From assembly GCA_965153285.1 (NCBI GenBank), contig OZ229115.1: a DNA stretch of 64,000 bases. One strand, 5' to 3'. The DNA comes from Podarcis tiliguerta (Eukaryota). Both the position numbers and the translations under genes were made by a program. The notes under the pieces are model-generated. The model saw only the letters and a program-made list of their open reading frames with translations. It was not told the DNA's origin and did no database searches. Positions 50,701 through 64,000 of this stretch are shown in pieces (the stretch's first letter is position 1; each line of letters begins with the position of its first letter).

Positions 50701-52165
50701 AAGTCAGACCACTGGTGTATCTAGTTCAGTAGTAGCGGTACTGTTATCTGGACATTATACTTTGTTGATGCAGCCTAGAATAGCGTTAGCTTTTTTTGGT
50801 GATGCATCACACTGTTAATTCCTGTTCAGCATTTGGTCTACTAAAAGCTTGTTTTTCAAGATCCTTTGTCAACTGTGAGACCTGCTGTGCTGACTGTACT
50901 GTCCCTGGGATGGAACCTTAGTGCTGGCCACTGATCAACGATACTAGTCATTTGGAGAGATGTTGCTGGCTTGGCACAGACACCAGCGCATTAATCTATG
51001 GCCTTATGTGCAGCTACGTCTGCCATCTCGTTAAGCCCAGATGACAATGTACGGGATAGGGTCAGCCCAACGGCTATGACTCAGGGCTTTAGCAACCAGC
51101 AAGTCCTTGCTTTTGAATTCTAATATCCTTGAGGATTGCATTTCTCCCAAACAAGGGAGTGGAAAGATTTGATGCTGTGAGCTTTGACACTGGCTAGATA
51201 TAAGGCATCAAGTGAGGCTGCGATTCCTTAACCTTCAGAGAAAATGATCTAGCTTTGAGTTCTGCACTGAAATTTTGTTGATACCCTTCCTGCTGCGCTT
51301 GAGCCTCAACTGGAAGTTATAAGCATTTGTGGCTGGGCAAGAATTCAGCAGTTCCAGATCAACCTAACCGCAGATGGGGTTAGCAAGCATCCAGGCACAC
51401 CATGTCTAATTGTTTTAAATTTGTGTGTCGGTGGGCCATGCGCATCAGTATACAGGCACTGCAGAAGTAAGATTGCTGGTGATCTGAAGCATGGGCTGTG
51501 GAAGACTTGCTTTGTTTGGTCCTACCAGTAAACACCATCTCTGAAAATGCCACCTACTGTTACCCACTGAAATTTAGCACAGGTCGCCTGAAAAACATTC
51601 ACCTGTTACCTACAAAATGTAAGCTCAGTTTGACTTTCTATAGTATTGCATCTATAGTATTGCCATAAATACATGTGATATTTTGCTAAGCTGTGTCCTT
51701 CAGGAGCATAAGCAAGAAGCTACACTTTTTAAATAAGTGTTCACGGGGAGAGAGCATCTTTGGCTTCCTCTTCATCTCTTGAGCTCTTCAAAATGCAACT
51801 TTGAATATGATTGTTGATTGCCTTCCTTTTTATAGAAGAGTTTTTCTGTGTAGCAGGGATGGCTAATCCCCAGTTTGGGAGCCTCACTGTCCCTCAAGCA
51901 ATTTTTTTCTGGACCTCCAAAATCCCATCCATTAAAGTAGACATGGTGATGGGGAGAATGAAGCTCAGTGCTCTGGTAAATCACCTCTGTCCCCAGGCAC
52001 CACATGGATAATGTTATGAGCAGAGAGGGGAAGATCACCCACCCCCATCAGCATGGATCAGCAGATGAAGGAGGGAGTCTGCTTCTGTGTGCACCCCCCT
52101 CCATGTGAGAATGTGTGGTCCTGCTGCCCCCTGAAGGTGAATACAACCTCCCTTGCTGCATAGAA

Positions 52166-52411
52166 CAGGGGTCAGCAAACTTTTTCAGCAGGGGGCCAGT
52201 ACACTGTCCCTCAGACCTTGGGGGTGGTGGACTATATTGGGAGGAGGATGAACAAATTCCTATGGCCCACAAATAACCCAGAGATGCATTTTAAATAAAA
52301 GGGCACATTCTCCTCATGTAAAAACACGCTGATTCCCGGACCGTCCACTGGCCAGATTTAGAAGGCGATTGGGCTGGATCTGGCCCCCAGGCCTTAGTCT
52401 GCCTACCCATG
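52166..52411 (-). mobile_element. OC1-like hAT MITE
   Basis: TIRs as in the 12570 and 26195 copies; TSD GCATAGAA / GTATAGAA. Confidence 0.88.
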
Positions 52412-53153
52412 GTATAGAAGATAGTTTTGCAATCCTTAAGGTTGATTATTTTTAGAGTAGGTCTAAAGGCCACCCAGGGGGAGTTCCCTCACCTAGGAGT
52501 GCTAGATCAAGCTTTGAAACATAAGGGGCACCCTGGAGCTGAGTTGCCTGTTCTCCGGATCTCCATGACGCTCGGTCATTTTGAAAGGAGTACTCACTGG
52601 GTTCTGTGGGGCCCTGATTTTCTGCATGGATGTCCAGGGTTGAGAAACTTTGACCCTCCCGATGTTGTTGTCCTATATTTCCCACTATCCCCGACTATTG
52701 GCCATGGTGGCTCAGGTTGATGGGTGTTGGAGTCTAATGACAACTTAGAGAGCTGGTGGTTCCTTCACCTTGGCTTAACCTGAAAGAATACCGATTTAGC
52801 AGCCCCGCCTTTGAGTTCCAAAGCAATAATAAGTGTAGATATAATCTCATTCCGTCAGGAGATCTTTACTGCAAAGATATCCCATCCTCCAATGCAGCAT
52901 CTCAGCAGGGTGGGGTGTCTGAGATTGGCCTGCAGTGTCCAAGTGGCAGACTCAATGATTGTGCAGATTTGATTTGGAAGCCTCTTTTTCAGGGATGCTG
53001 CTGTGCAATTTCCTGGTTCTGAGACATCACCAGGATGGCACGTGCGTCCCTACAGATTCAGAAAGCAATTGTTTTGATAGCCAGGATTGCACATTTTAAT
53101 CCCTTCCTTGTTCTTCTCATCTTACCTTTGCAAATGCAGAATAATTAGTAACC

Positions 53154-53342
53154 ATGACGACAGAGACGGGACCAGATTCGGAGGTGAAGAATGCCCAAGA
53201 GGAAACTCCGCAGCAGCCTCCAGAGGAGGCAGCAAGTGGGCCGAACGCAGTGACCGGTGGCTCCACACCCACGGCAAACAGCCAGGAAGCCGAGGCGAAT
53301 GAGAAGCCCGGTGCCCACAGCGACTCGAAGCATGCAGAGCGG
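53154..53342 (+). CDS. EPB41L1: Band 4.1-like protein 1 (4.1N), first coding exon; the exon starts at 53140 with a 14-nt leader; 63 codons, phase 0
   Basis: Translation MTTETGPDSEVKNAQEETPQQP...EANEK...AER matches the recalled EPB41L1 N-terminus (MTTETGPDSEVKKAQEE...). Polypyrimidine tract and CAG acceptor end at 53139, Kozak context is ACCATG, donor is CGG|GTGAGT at 53342/53343. Confidence 0.95.
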
Positions 53343-53502
53343 GTGAGTTGAGATGGCTGCTGAGAGTGCTGAGCCCGGGCCTAGACAGTGTTTTCAGTGC
53401 CTAGCTCAGCCCTTGTCCTTCTCAAGCAATAAAGAAGAGAGTGTCTTTGAGCAACAAGAAGACTCATTCATATGCAGAAATTTTGCACGTGCCAATTTGA
53501 TA

Positions 53503-53854
53503 GGGACGTGGGTGGTGCTGTGGGTTAAACCACAGAGCCTAGGACTTGCCGATCAGAAGGTCGGCGGTTTGAATCCCCGTGACGGGGTGAGCTCCCGTTG
53601 CTCGGTCCCTGCTCCTGCCAACCTAGCAGTTCGAAAGCACATCAAAGTGCAAGTAGATAAATAGGTACCGCTCTGGCGGGAAGGTAAACGGCGTTTCCGT
53701 GCGCTGCTGTGGTTCGCCAGAAACGGCTTAGTCATGCTGGCCACATGACCCGGAAGCTGTACGCTGGCACCCTTGGCCAATAAAGCGAGATTAGCGCCGC
53801 AACCCCAGAGTTGGCCACGACTGGACCTAGTGGTCAGGGGTCTATTTACCTTTA
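53503..53854 (+). mobile_element. Sauria SINE (Squam1), full length
   Basis: gggacgtgggtggtgctgtgggttaaaccacagagcc head, cagttcgaaagcac…gtagataaataggtacc body, (TTTACC)n tail. Confidence 0.92.
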
Positions 53855-55426
53855 ATTTGTATGTATAGATGCAACTTTAGAAGTCACTGCTGTAATTTAA
53901 ATAGGTGACTTGTCTGCCTGCCCAATTTGCTGTCCAGGCACTATTAATGGTCAACGTAACGGCCCCTTCTTTCTCTTTTTATGGTTTTTCATCTTTAAAC
54001 TAGACTTAGGCTTGACAGTCCTTCAAGTCAAGGAGAATCCTCTGTAAAGTAGGACACCCTAGTTTGAGTCCATTGCAGCTGCAGCTTTGAGATGAGCCTG
54101 GATTGGCTTTCTTCACTCAGTTCCAACTTCAGCATGTCAAGCAGTTGCAGCTGAGTGTCAGAAGCCAATTTGGGTTTAAGCTCAGGGTGTGGAAGGCAGC
54201 AGATTTATGCCCAACCTGGTACATAGCAACAAAGATGGAGGTCAGCACAGGACCAAAACCTGCCCTGGGCTCAAACTGCTGCAAGGGCCCTTGTTTTCAC
54301 TCACTGCTGAATGCCAGTGGTCAGTCTGTGCTCTGCTGTGTAAGAGAGGAACTCCCATGTTGGAGAGAATAGATTCTAGGCAGGCTTAGATCTGGTATAT
54401 TTTGTAAAGGGGGTTGGGGTGGGCTATGCATCCTCCCTGTCTAATAAAACGTTCCAGGCAGCTAATGGTATAAAAAACTAAAATGCAATAAAGAGCAATA
54501 AATAACCGTATAAAATAGGAGGCATGAACTGCTGATAAAACAATTTAGAAGTTTGAATATTAAAGTGTCTGGGAAATTGATTATGATGATATATAACTGT
54601 AGACAAGTCTCTGTCTCTCCCCCCACCTCCCCTAGCGATGCCAGAATTTAAGCCTGTCTAAAATCTATTCTTCACCTGGGAATAGTATATTGTGGGGGCG
54701 GGCGGGGGATGCACTATTCTTCCATCTTGGAGCATGGCAGGGGCTCTTGCCTAAGAGTTCTTTTATGACTTCCCCATCCAACATGACTTCTTGCTCCTTG
54801 TTTGCTGGTTGAACTACATGTGCAAAGATTTCTGCCCACGTTGTTCCTCTTACGCTGTGTTTAGCAGACCATTTTATTCTGGCAGGCTTTTGTTGTATGT
54901 GGCAGATAAATTTTTTTCCCTGCTTGGTTTTAACTGCTGTTCCTGTCTCTCATGGGCGGGTTGCTTTATATTGTTTCTCTTATTAAACTGCAGTTTTAAA
55001 TGTTGTAATTCACCCTGAGTTGTGCATTTGTACCAGAAGGGTGGGGGATAAAAATGTTTTAATAAACAAATTAAATGCCAGGGTGCCCTTTGCCACCTGG
55101 TTGATATTTCTTCCCTACTCTCAGCCCCATCCCCCGTTTTCCCTCAGCCTGTTACTGCATGGAGAATGCAAGAAAACACCACCTACATCTATGGTTTCTT
55201 TTTAGTCATCATCCCTTTTCTTTACTCAATTTCCTGTAAAGATGCCTTGCTCCTTAATGGTGTCCCAGAGTTTCTCAACCCTGCAGGGGAGGAGCTGTAA
55301 CTGAGTGGTAGAGCACAGGTTTTACATTAAAATGGTCCCAGATTCAATCGTTGGCTTCTCCACGTAGGGCTGGGGAAATATTCCTGTGTGAAAACATAGT
55401 GATTCCTTTTGTCACTGTTGACAGTA

Positions 55427-55683
55427 CAGTGGTACCTCGCAAGACAAATGCCTCGCAAGACGAAAAACTCGCAAGACGAAAGACTTTTTGGTTTTTCAGT
55501 TACTTCGCAAGATGAATTTCCCTATGGGCTTGCTTCACAAGCTGAAAACGTCTTGCGCCTTTTTCTTAAAACAGTCAATGCATTCCTATGGGAAACCGTC
55601 AATGCATTTCCTATGGGAAACCGTGCTTCGCAAGACGAAAAAACTCGCAGAACGAATTAATTTCGTCTTGCGAGGCACCACTG
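55427..55683. mobile_element. Tigger/pogo-like MITE inserted in a tRNA-Ala SINE
   Basis: TA|CAGTGGTACCTCGCAAGAC…GTCTTGCGAGGCACCACTG|TA; the host SINE resumes with ctgagctagacggacca. Confidence 0.88.
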
Positions 55684-55807
55684 TACTGAGCTAGACGGAC
55701 CAACAGTGTAAAATAAACTGTTGGCTGCGGTTCATTAGTTGGATGAAAATTCCAGGTATGACTGCTCCCAGGTTTGCTTCAGAAAATACCTGTGAAGGAA
55801 TTGCACC

Positions 55808-56153
55808 TGGCGCTGTGGGTTAAACCACAGAGCCTAGGACTTGCCAATCAGAAGGTCGGCGGTTTGAATCCCCACCACGGGGTGAGCTCCCATTGTTCGG
55901 TCCCTGCTCCTGCCAACCTAGCAAATCGAAAGCACGTCAAAGTGCAAGTAGATAAATAGGTACTGCTCCGGCAGGAAGGTAAACAGCGTTTCCGTGTGCT
56001 GCTCTGGTTTGCCAGAAGCGGCTTAGTCATGCTGGCCACATGACCCGGAAGCTGTATGCCGGCTCCCTCGGCCAATAAATGAGATGAGCGCAGCAACCCC
56101 AGAGTCGGCCACGACTAAACCTAATGGTCAGGGGTCCCTTTACCTTTACCTTA
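55808..56153 (+). mobile_element. Sauria SINE, slightly 5'-truncated
   Basis: Highly similar to 53503-53854; (CCTTTA)n tail. Confidence 0.92.
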
Positions 56154-58922
56154 CACCCAGAGACCAGAAGCTAAATGGCCTGATGGAGCAGTTGCTCTGA
56201 CGTTTTCTGGACAGTGATGAAAGGGCCCATTGCATGACCCAGAGTTGGCACTGAGTTGCTTGGAATGCCTTTTTTGAGGTATAATAATGAAAAGTGCTAT
56301 GGCCTTCATCCTCTGGTAAACCAAGGACCTTTGTGAAAGCAAAAGAGGCACCTTATCATCTCCCAGATTAATCTCCAAACCAGGATTTTCCTCATCAGTG
56401 CAGTGGGAAGGTCGTGGTCTGTTTTCCATTACAGATGAGTGAGCAGCCTGTGGCACTGTCTTGTTGCTGCATACAAAGATACATGAGACGGCATGGAAGT
56501 CTTATAGTGATGGAGAATCCATATGGATTTTATTCTATCAAGGTCGTATGTTTGACCTTGCCCATCTGCCAGATAGATATTTAATTCTCCCTTAAACTTA
56601 ATTTATATACAGGGGCCCTGTTTCGCCCCTGAAATATAATGAAGCAAGGAGTGTAGCTGAGTAGCATAATATTCAGATGTTGTTCCAACCCTAAAAGCCA
56701 TTATAAATCCCTTTACAAAAAAATATTCTTGGTTGGGGAGGGCACACTCGCTGCTCATTCAGTATGCCATGCTTGGTGGAGGGGAAAGCCAGAAAGCAGA
56801 ATCAAAGTGGACAGATCATATAAATGGATTGGCAAATAAACATTGGGTCCTTTTCTTCAGGGATGAAAAATAATAATTTAAGCCCTTGGCGTGGGATGCA
56901 GTGGCTGGGATAATATTAACACCCCCCCCCCCCCCAGTTCTTCAAAATACCCTCAAAGCCCTAATTTCTAAAACGTGAGGATTGAGTAGGGAAAAATCTG
57001 CCCCTCTCAGATGCTGCATCATCTGCCAAAAGTCCACTCCATCTGATATGCATGGAAATTATCTGGAATGATTTTGGGCCACCTGAGAGCACTTTGCATT
57101 TGATAAACACAGAGCAGCTACTTGCTTGGTTTGGAATATGCACTCAAAGCTACTTGTAGTTGTCCAGAACTGATTTGAACATCTGTTGTTGGTCAAAGGT
57201 TGTTTCTGTTTAAATCACCTTAAGCTACAGTTCTAAGCGTGCTTCCATGGAAATCAGTTCCAATGAACTCAGTTAAATTTACTTCGAAGTAAACATTTCT
57301 TCAGCTACTAGTTAGGAAATCGGCCACTCTGAAGATCTGCTTGGGGGCACTCGAGTGCTCATGTGTTAGAAAACCACAAAATGAGAGACAATAGTTCTTC
57401 TGTATGTTGATTCAGAAGACTCTTTTTGCCAGGGGCATCAAATGAAGAGATGGATGAGTGAATGTTGTACTTCTTTTATAGAGGGCAGTGAGCACTGCCC
57501 AGCAAGAAGGCTGCATTGCCAGTGTGTAAGCTTCTCTCTCTAGGTATTTTTGTCCCAGGCTAGAGATTGTCAGCTAAAACTAACCTTCCGCCAGTCCCCT
57601 TTTCCCCCTGGGGTTCATCTTGGTTGAATGTGTCTCTGTAATTGTGAAGGATTGGAATTGCAAGAGAACGCAGCTCTGATCTTTCCACCAAGGGTTGGAT
57701 TGATGTCCAGTTCGCCACCAATGGGAAATGCCTCTCCTTCATAACTGCTGTGTGGGCTGAAGCTTATTTTTTGACAGAAAGTTGCCTTTTCCACCCAGAG
57801 ATATCACAGCAATTAACTCTGGGAGAGTGCTAAGCCAGTGGCAATTTGCAGTGTTCTGATTCTGAATCTTTTTAAAAATTTTAAATTTAATTTTACATAT
57901 ATTTTCCAAAAATCATGAAACATATATTTTTATCTTATACAAGAAGAAATTTGCCCACTTGGGACTTCACCTATTGCTTTTTGGTTTTCTTATTTCCCTC
58001 CCACTGTGGGAGCATTCAGATAAGACATTGCTGGGCAGCACCATAAAACCACTACCAGAAAGAAGTGAGATCACAGCACTTGTTGAAGGGGTGTGTGTTC
58101 AGGGGAGAGCATGTTATGCTGAAGAAAGCTAAAGGATGTGGCTTGTACATGTGATGCAAATCTTATACATTTGCCTGTGTTGTTTTGCATTTCCCCCCTT
58201 TTCTGCTAGCCGTGCTATATAGCTAGTGCTGCTGTATAGGACAGTGAAGTCCTTTGGCCCTGAATACTGGAATGATTGCATAGATCCCTCCATCACGTAA
58301 TAGGTATTGACAGTATAACAACAAAGACAGGCCCTGCCACAGGCTTGCAAAAGGAAAGACAAGAGAATTGGGGGAGCTGGGGATAGATGCAAAGGGAAGA
58401 TGAGCAGAGAATCATCCCTAATCATCCTGGTTGCCCAGTTAAGGAAAGGAGCTATAGGCCACCTCCAGTTTCTGGGCATAGTGAAATTATTCTTTATTTC
58501 AGGAGTCTGGGCATGCTGTTTCAGTGGATTCAGTCACCTGCCCACACACCGGCTGAGTAATTGAGACCCACCTGGTTAGTCTACCACCACACATGGTTTG
58601 CATAAACTAGCACAGACTACATGCCCTGCATGACTTCTTGCAAGAAGAGAAGTCTCGCAGGGATGAGTTTTCTCATAAGAAGAGTTGTGGTGTTCTGTGG
58701 GGAGGGGAAATAATTGCTATTCAGGTGATTCAAGTTTCACTCTTGGTGGTGCTCGCAGTGCAGTGGGGAGCTTCAGGTTGGGCACCCCCCGACCCCAGTG
58801 TGGGGAAACAACGTCCTGTTTCCCCATTAGAATGAGGATGCTTAGTTCATAATTCAAAGGGCCCAAACATGAGCAAAGAATAACAATACTGTACCTGCTT
58901 CGCATCTCTTCCCCCATCCCAG

Positions 58923-59087
58923 GCTGTGGACATGGATGAAAAAGACTACAGTGAAGCAGATGGAATATCTGAGAAAACCACTCCCAGCAAGACCCAGAAA
59001 TCCCCTCAGAAAGTCACCAAGAAGCTCAAGAGTGCCATCTGCAGAGTGACCCTACTTGATGCCTCAGAGTATGAATGTGAAGTGGAG
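58923..59087 (+). CDS. EPB41L1: EPB41L1 second coding exon (55 codons, phase 0/0), running into the start of the FERM domain
   Basis: [55 protein letters not shown] closely matches 4.1N (…[28 protein letters not shown]…[20 protein letters not shown]). Acceptor is ttcccccatcccag|, donor is GAG|GTAAGC, and it is in frame with the previous exon. Confidence 0.96.
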
Positions 59088-62000
59088 GTAAGCAAGGGGA
59101 CTAGATTGCTTGACCTTTTAAGCTACTAGTGGGGAATCTACAGGCCAAAGGCCTGGTTAGATCCACCAAGCCTCCTCCTTTGGCAAATGCATGCCCTCCT
59201 ACCCTCCACCTGATGTATTGTCAGGTGTGGGGCAAGTAAACCCCTGGCTAAACTAAATGGGGGAGTTGAAAGTACTGCAGATCAGCTGATTGGTGGTGCC
59301 TGCAAGGCGGTGCTTTCAAAGGGGTTTCTAACAACCCAACAATCATCTTTCAAAGCGATGCACAAGACAACACTTTGCAAGGGTCACCTGATGTCATTGT
59401 GATGTCAGGTGATTGACTGGTGGGTGGCATCGCTCACCTTCCAAACTTGGCCTGCAAGGGCTGGAGATGACAAACTGGCTGACTGCCGAGATCCAGTTCT
59501 CTCTTAAGTGTATCCTGCAAAGTTTATGTGGCCTGAGTTCCCTTCCTCTGGGAATGGCACCCAATAAAAAGCACCTTTTATAAAAGAATAAGTCCGTAAT
59601 CAGTGTTTTGCAACAATTAATGCTTTCAACTCTGCCAAAGACACGTGTGCGTGCGCATTTAACTCCCCATAGAGATGCACATGGAAGACAGGTGTGAGTG
59701 ACTCATCCATTTCTGAGCGTAGGCTACTTGCTATTTGTGTATTTTGGTGAAAATGAAGTGTAGGCAATGTGTGTGCATGAAAGAGAGAGAGCTTGTGTAA
59801 CTGTTAACCTGACTGGGATCCCTCGAGAAGAAGGTTATTATTAATAGCATGCAAGGGAGAAGCTTAGGCATTATAAAAAGCCTATTGCACAACCTCATTT
59901 GTATGATATCCCTCGCTTCATTTCCACGGACATTTATTCCTCTGTGCAGGATGGAATGATATCCCAAATAGTGACATGTATCGCTGTGGAGACAAAAATC
60001 CTTGCTCTGTATCAAGTGAATGGAGAGCAATCCATTCTTTACTTGATCGCTGAAGAAAAAGGGTTTCATTTTTGAACATCTTGGATGGGAGAGGAAACGA
60101 CGTTTGCCCTTCACTGAAGAACATGAACACAAGAATGTCTGTAATGCAAAGTCTTTTTGCTCCTCATTAAGCGTTCAGGCCTTTGTTCTTCAACTTTGGG
60201 TTCCCAGATGTTGTTGGACTACAATTCTCATTATTCCTGACCATTGGCTAGGCTGGTGGGATGATGGAAGTTGTAGTCCAGCAGCATGTGGGGATCCAAA
60301 GTTGAAGAACCCTGGAATAAACGACACTTTGGGAAGCATTAATGGTGCGGGGAGTGGGGATCCTCTTGCTCCCTGCTGCACATTCTCTTGGCCCCAGAAC
60401 CTACAGTATCCCCTATCAAGTGTTTACTTTCATCTCTTTGCACCTGCAAGTGAACACTGAACTTCTCTGTGGCATCCATGCATGTTTGCAGCTGGGTTCC
60501 TGGGATGTTGCTCCTATCATCACTTGTGGCTACTAGCCTCTCCATATTACTCTTTTAAAAAATGGGTTTGTACTTCAGTGCAACAAGGAGATGCATTTTA
60601 TTATAGAATTTGTATTTAACGTATGTAGAACCCTTCATCACTTTTCACAGAAAATCTGTGGCTTTTGTATTTCTGTATCTTCTACAAGGACAACTCTTCT
60701 GGTGTTCCTGTCTTTCACCTGGGGTGGACTGTGGTAATCTTTCATACTACGGTGCCCTGCGCAAAGCCAACATTTGGCACCCTCAAATGAATCTTCTCAA
60801 TTATGGGTCTTCTCAATTTTGCACCCCCTCAGATCAGCACCCTCTGTGGGGAGACCACCCAAACCGCCCTAAATCTGGTGCTGCTTTCACCATCAGCAAG
60901 TCCATACTATCAAAATGAAGGCTCAATACCCATGCAGTTTAGAGCAGGAGAAGGCCAGTCTGTACCATGTGATTGCTGTTCCAGTGGGAACAAATAAATT
61001 TAAGACTTTTCTGTTGGCCCAGAGCAGCAACAGTGTGGTGTGATTGTTGTTCTCCCACAATCTATAGCGGGCATTCACACCATATGAACCACAGAGCTAG
61101 AAGTAGGCACATGCAAGTGACTTCTTTGAACGCCAGTAGCTGGGAATCACAAGTGGGGAGAGTGTTATGATTTCAGGAGCATCACAAATGGGATATTTTA
61201 AATACTTCCTAATTATGCAGTATTCATGGATGCTAGGATTGCCAGTGACTACTATCCATGTTGGCTATGTGCTACCTCCAGTGACACTAGCAGTCTGCCT
61301 CCGGATTCCAGCTGCTGGGAGTCACAGGTGAGGTGAGCAGTGTTCTACTCTGGTCCTGCTCGAGGGCTTCCCATAGGCATCTGGTTGGCGTCTGTGAGAA
61401 GAGGAAGCCGTATTAGGTGGGATCCAGCTGTGCTGTGGTTACGATGCGTTAAAATTGCCTCAAGTGGTTTTGCCTGCAGTGAACCAAGTGAGAGCATGTG
61501 CTTCTGAGATCATGCAGGAACCTCTGGGGGCACGTTCTCACTTCATCTCTGCCTTTGGCCAAATGCATCCAGACCCCAGTTGTCTATAATGTGATCACCG
61601 TAAAAATTAGGTTTGCCATACAGAGTTGGAAGCCCGAAGACATACTGGTTCAAAAACTGGTAGGAGGTGGAGCAGGAGGGAACAGCTGGTAAACAGTCAG
61701 CAAACAGTCAAAGCTAAGGGTTCCGTTTCCTACTGGTATTGCTATAAAAAGGAAGAGTTGGGACAGTCCATGGAATCTGGAGAGCCTAGCTGGCTTTAGT
61801 TGGATGGAAGTGGCAGTGGAGAAGAGCACGCACAGAAGGCAGAGGGGGAAATGTGTGTGCAAAAGAGAGAGAGAGGTGGAGGATGAAGGAACACAAGGGA
61901 TGTAGAAGCTGGGCAGGTGCATCTAGTACAGTTTCAAAACTTAGTGTTATGGAAGATCAGTCCCTTTGCATTTTTAAAGAGAAATTTGTAGACCCACTAC

Positions 62001-63119
62001 TTTTGTACGGCTTTTAGTGCTGGAGGTAGATTGGGTTGTGATACGTCCATATTTTGAGTCCCCAGTGTGGTGCCCATGGGCACTATGGCATCCACAGGTA
62101 TCTCCTTGGTACTCACTAAGGACCTCTGCCTCTCCCAATGTTGGGGGGTTGGTTGGGAAAGGTTGCCTCTCTTTTTGGAAGGTTCCTGGTTTTGTTTGTC
62201 TGCACTGTATTTGAGAGTGCAAGCATTTCTTGGGGCGTGGGGGAGGACTCTGAACATAGGCAGTTACTCTTCTGTGAAATGGATATTTTATGTTGCCAAT
62301 TTGTTTCTTAGATTTCCCAATGTACCCTGAGGTCCAAAAAGGTTGGTGACCCCTGGTTCATAGTATATTTGTGCTGAGTTGTCATTTTGTGCTGGTCTTT
62401 TTAGGGGGAATCAAGAACTGAATGTTTTTCTTTCCACTTTGTGTGCAGATGAGTTGGGTTTTTTCCTCCACAACAATGCAATCTGGGGAGCGTGTGCACA
62501 TACAGACAAAATTAGCTATATGCATTGTGCATAGAAATGGGTTACTTAACAGCTGCCACATGGAGCTATTTAAGGCAGCCCTGTGCTGCTGCTATAATGT
62601 ATGCAGGCTTCTACAAACAAGGGGGGACCTCTAGCCAGCCAAAGTTGGCCAAGACCCTCCCAGATTGATGGGAGAGGACACCACACAGCTTTTACCTTGA
62701 CTAGTTCCAGCCTTTGTGCCATGCAATCCTCTCTGCAGGAGACCATAAGAAGTGCCTGGTGGATCAGGCCAATGGGCCCATCTTGTCCAGCTTCCTGTTT
62801 TCACAGTGGCCAATCAGATGCCTGCAGGGAACCCATAATGAGGACCAAAGTGCATTAAATGCATGGGATTGTGGCATCTCTCTCTCTCTCTCTGGCAAGG
62901 GGACAGTTCCTGTTCCTTTCTTTTACAAAATCTTGGGAGATGCAATCTTCATTATAATCTGGCTAATAGGCAGGTGGCTTGCTGGAGACTAAATAAAGTA
63001 GACTTTGATTGGTGGTGGCATTTACTGAGTGGCTAGTAAACTTGGGATTAAGCCTTGTTTGTACTTCCATACCCTATTCTTTGTGCTAGCTATGACTTTT
63101 AAATCTCTAAGCAGGCTGG

Positions 63120-63560
63120 GCACTGTATGTATTGGCAGACTCTCTTCCTGAGTTGCAATGGGCTACTGTGACTGCATAACCCTGACCAGTTGCCCTCTCC
63201 CATAGTCTGATGGATTCAAGTGTGTGTGTGTGTGTACGTGAAGTTGGGTGCCTGGGACAGAACAGGGATTCTGTTGGCTTTACTGCCCATCACACTCCTT
63301 AACAGTCTCCCTGAGCTAGGTGGGGTGGTCTTGTGTTTGGTGCAGGAGTCCCTCGGCTTGTTTTGCTGGTGGGGGAATTTAGCATTCACTCTGAGGATCC
63401 CCTGTCACAGACATGGCTCAGAAGTTCATGTCCACCACGACAATCATGGGTCTGTCTCAGGATACCTGGCCCTTCCCATGCTGCAGGGCACACTCTGGGT
63501 GGTAGTGATATTAGAGTGGAAGAATAGTTCATTTGTCATGTTGGGTCACTGGAACTCAGA
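63120..63560 (+). mobile_element. Degenerate L2 APE endonuclease remnant
   Basis: PRLVLLVGEFSIH (like L.GDFNIH) and GPSHAAGHTL (like PTH..GHTLD), with frameshifts. Confidence 0.6.
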
Positions 63561-64000
63561 GCCATTGCAGGGATGAGGAGTTGATTAGGATGGTCTTCCC
63601 AGGAGTAGGATGGAGCTGGGTGGTTTCCTGATGGCTCTTGGGGAGTTTCCTGTCACCTTGGCAAGTGATTCTGTCTAAATCCTGGAGGATCTCTGGAATA
63701 GAGACAACTGACAGGGACATACCAAGGGCATTTTCAGTAATGGGCCCTGCATTCTAAAACTTCCCCCCTGATGAGACTCATCAGAATTCATTGTTACCTG
63801 GTGTTCAGAAGATGGTGTTAAATCCTTTTGCCCACATTTGGCTTTGGCCCTGGATGCTTCCCCCTGACATGTTACCCCCGAGTGTACAGTATAAGGCCCT
63901 CAACCAGCGGGGCCTGGAAAGTTTCATGCCCCTGGTTTAAACAGACCAATATAATGATGAAACTGGTTTTGTTCCTAGACGTTATGATCTATTGATTGTT

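Noticed and set aside
53087-53302. Alternative-frame ORF overlapping the first coding exon
   Set aside because: It starts in the intron at a non-ATG codon and is a by-product of the GC-rich exon.
59088-64000. Next EPB41L1 exon (expected to begin KHGRGQVLFD…)
   Set aside because: Not found in the ORF track or by eye; it presumably lies beyond the window.

Overview
This is vertebrate genomic DNA, almost certainly from a squamate and probably a lacertid lizard. The repeat content points there: Sauria SINEs, a Squam3-like SINE, Bov-B, CR1, L2, Penelope-like elements and hAT/Tc1 MITEs. The only recognisable host gene is EPB41L1 (protein 4.1N) on the + strand. Its first two coding exons lie at 53154-53342 and 58923-59087, and the gene continues beyond the window. 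The preceding ~53 kb looks like upstream or 5' intronic sequence with several candidate alternative first exons and many, often nested, transposable elements. Nearly all ORFs in the supplied track are spurious or transposon-derived. I see no convincing wholly new multi-gene system. The best leads are: (i) possible alternative first exons that would act as uORFs or new N-termini (including a myristoylation-like MGSLSK), plus a 4.1R-like distal acceptor that could remove AUG1; (ii) a Penelope-like inverted repeat carrying a decayed minimal hammerhead ribozyme; (iii) a tRNA-Ile/CR1 SINE; (iv) several unusual MITE architectures. Repeat family names come from recalled sequence features, not from database searches.
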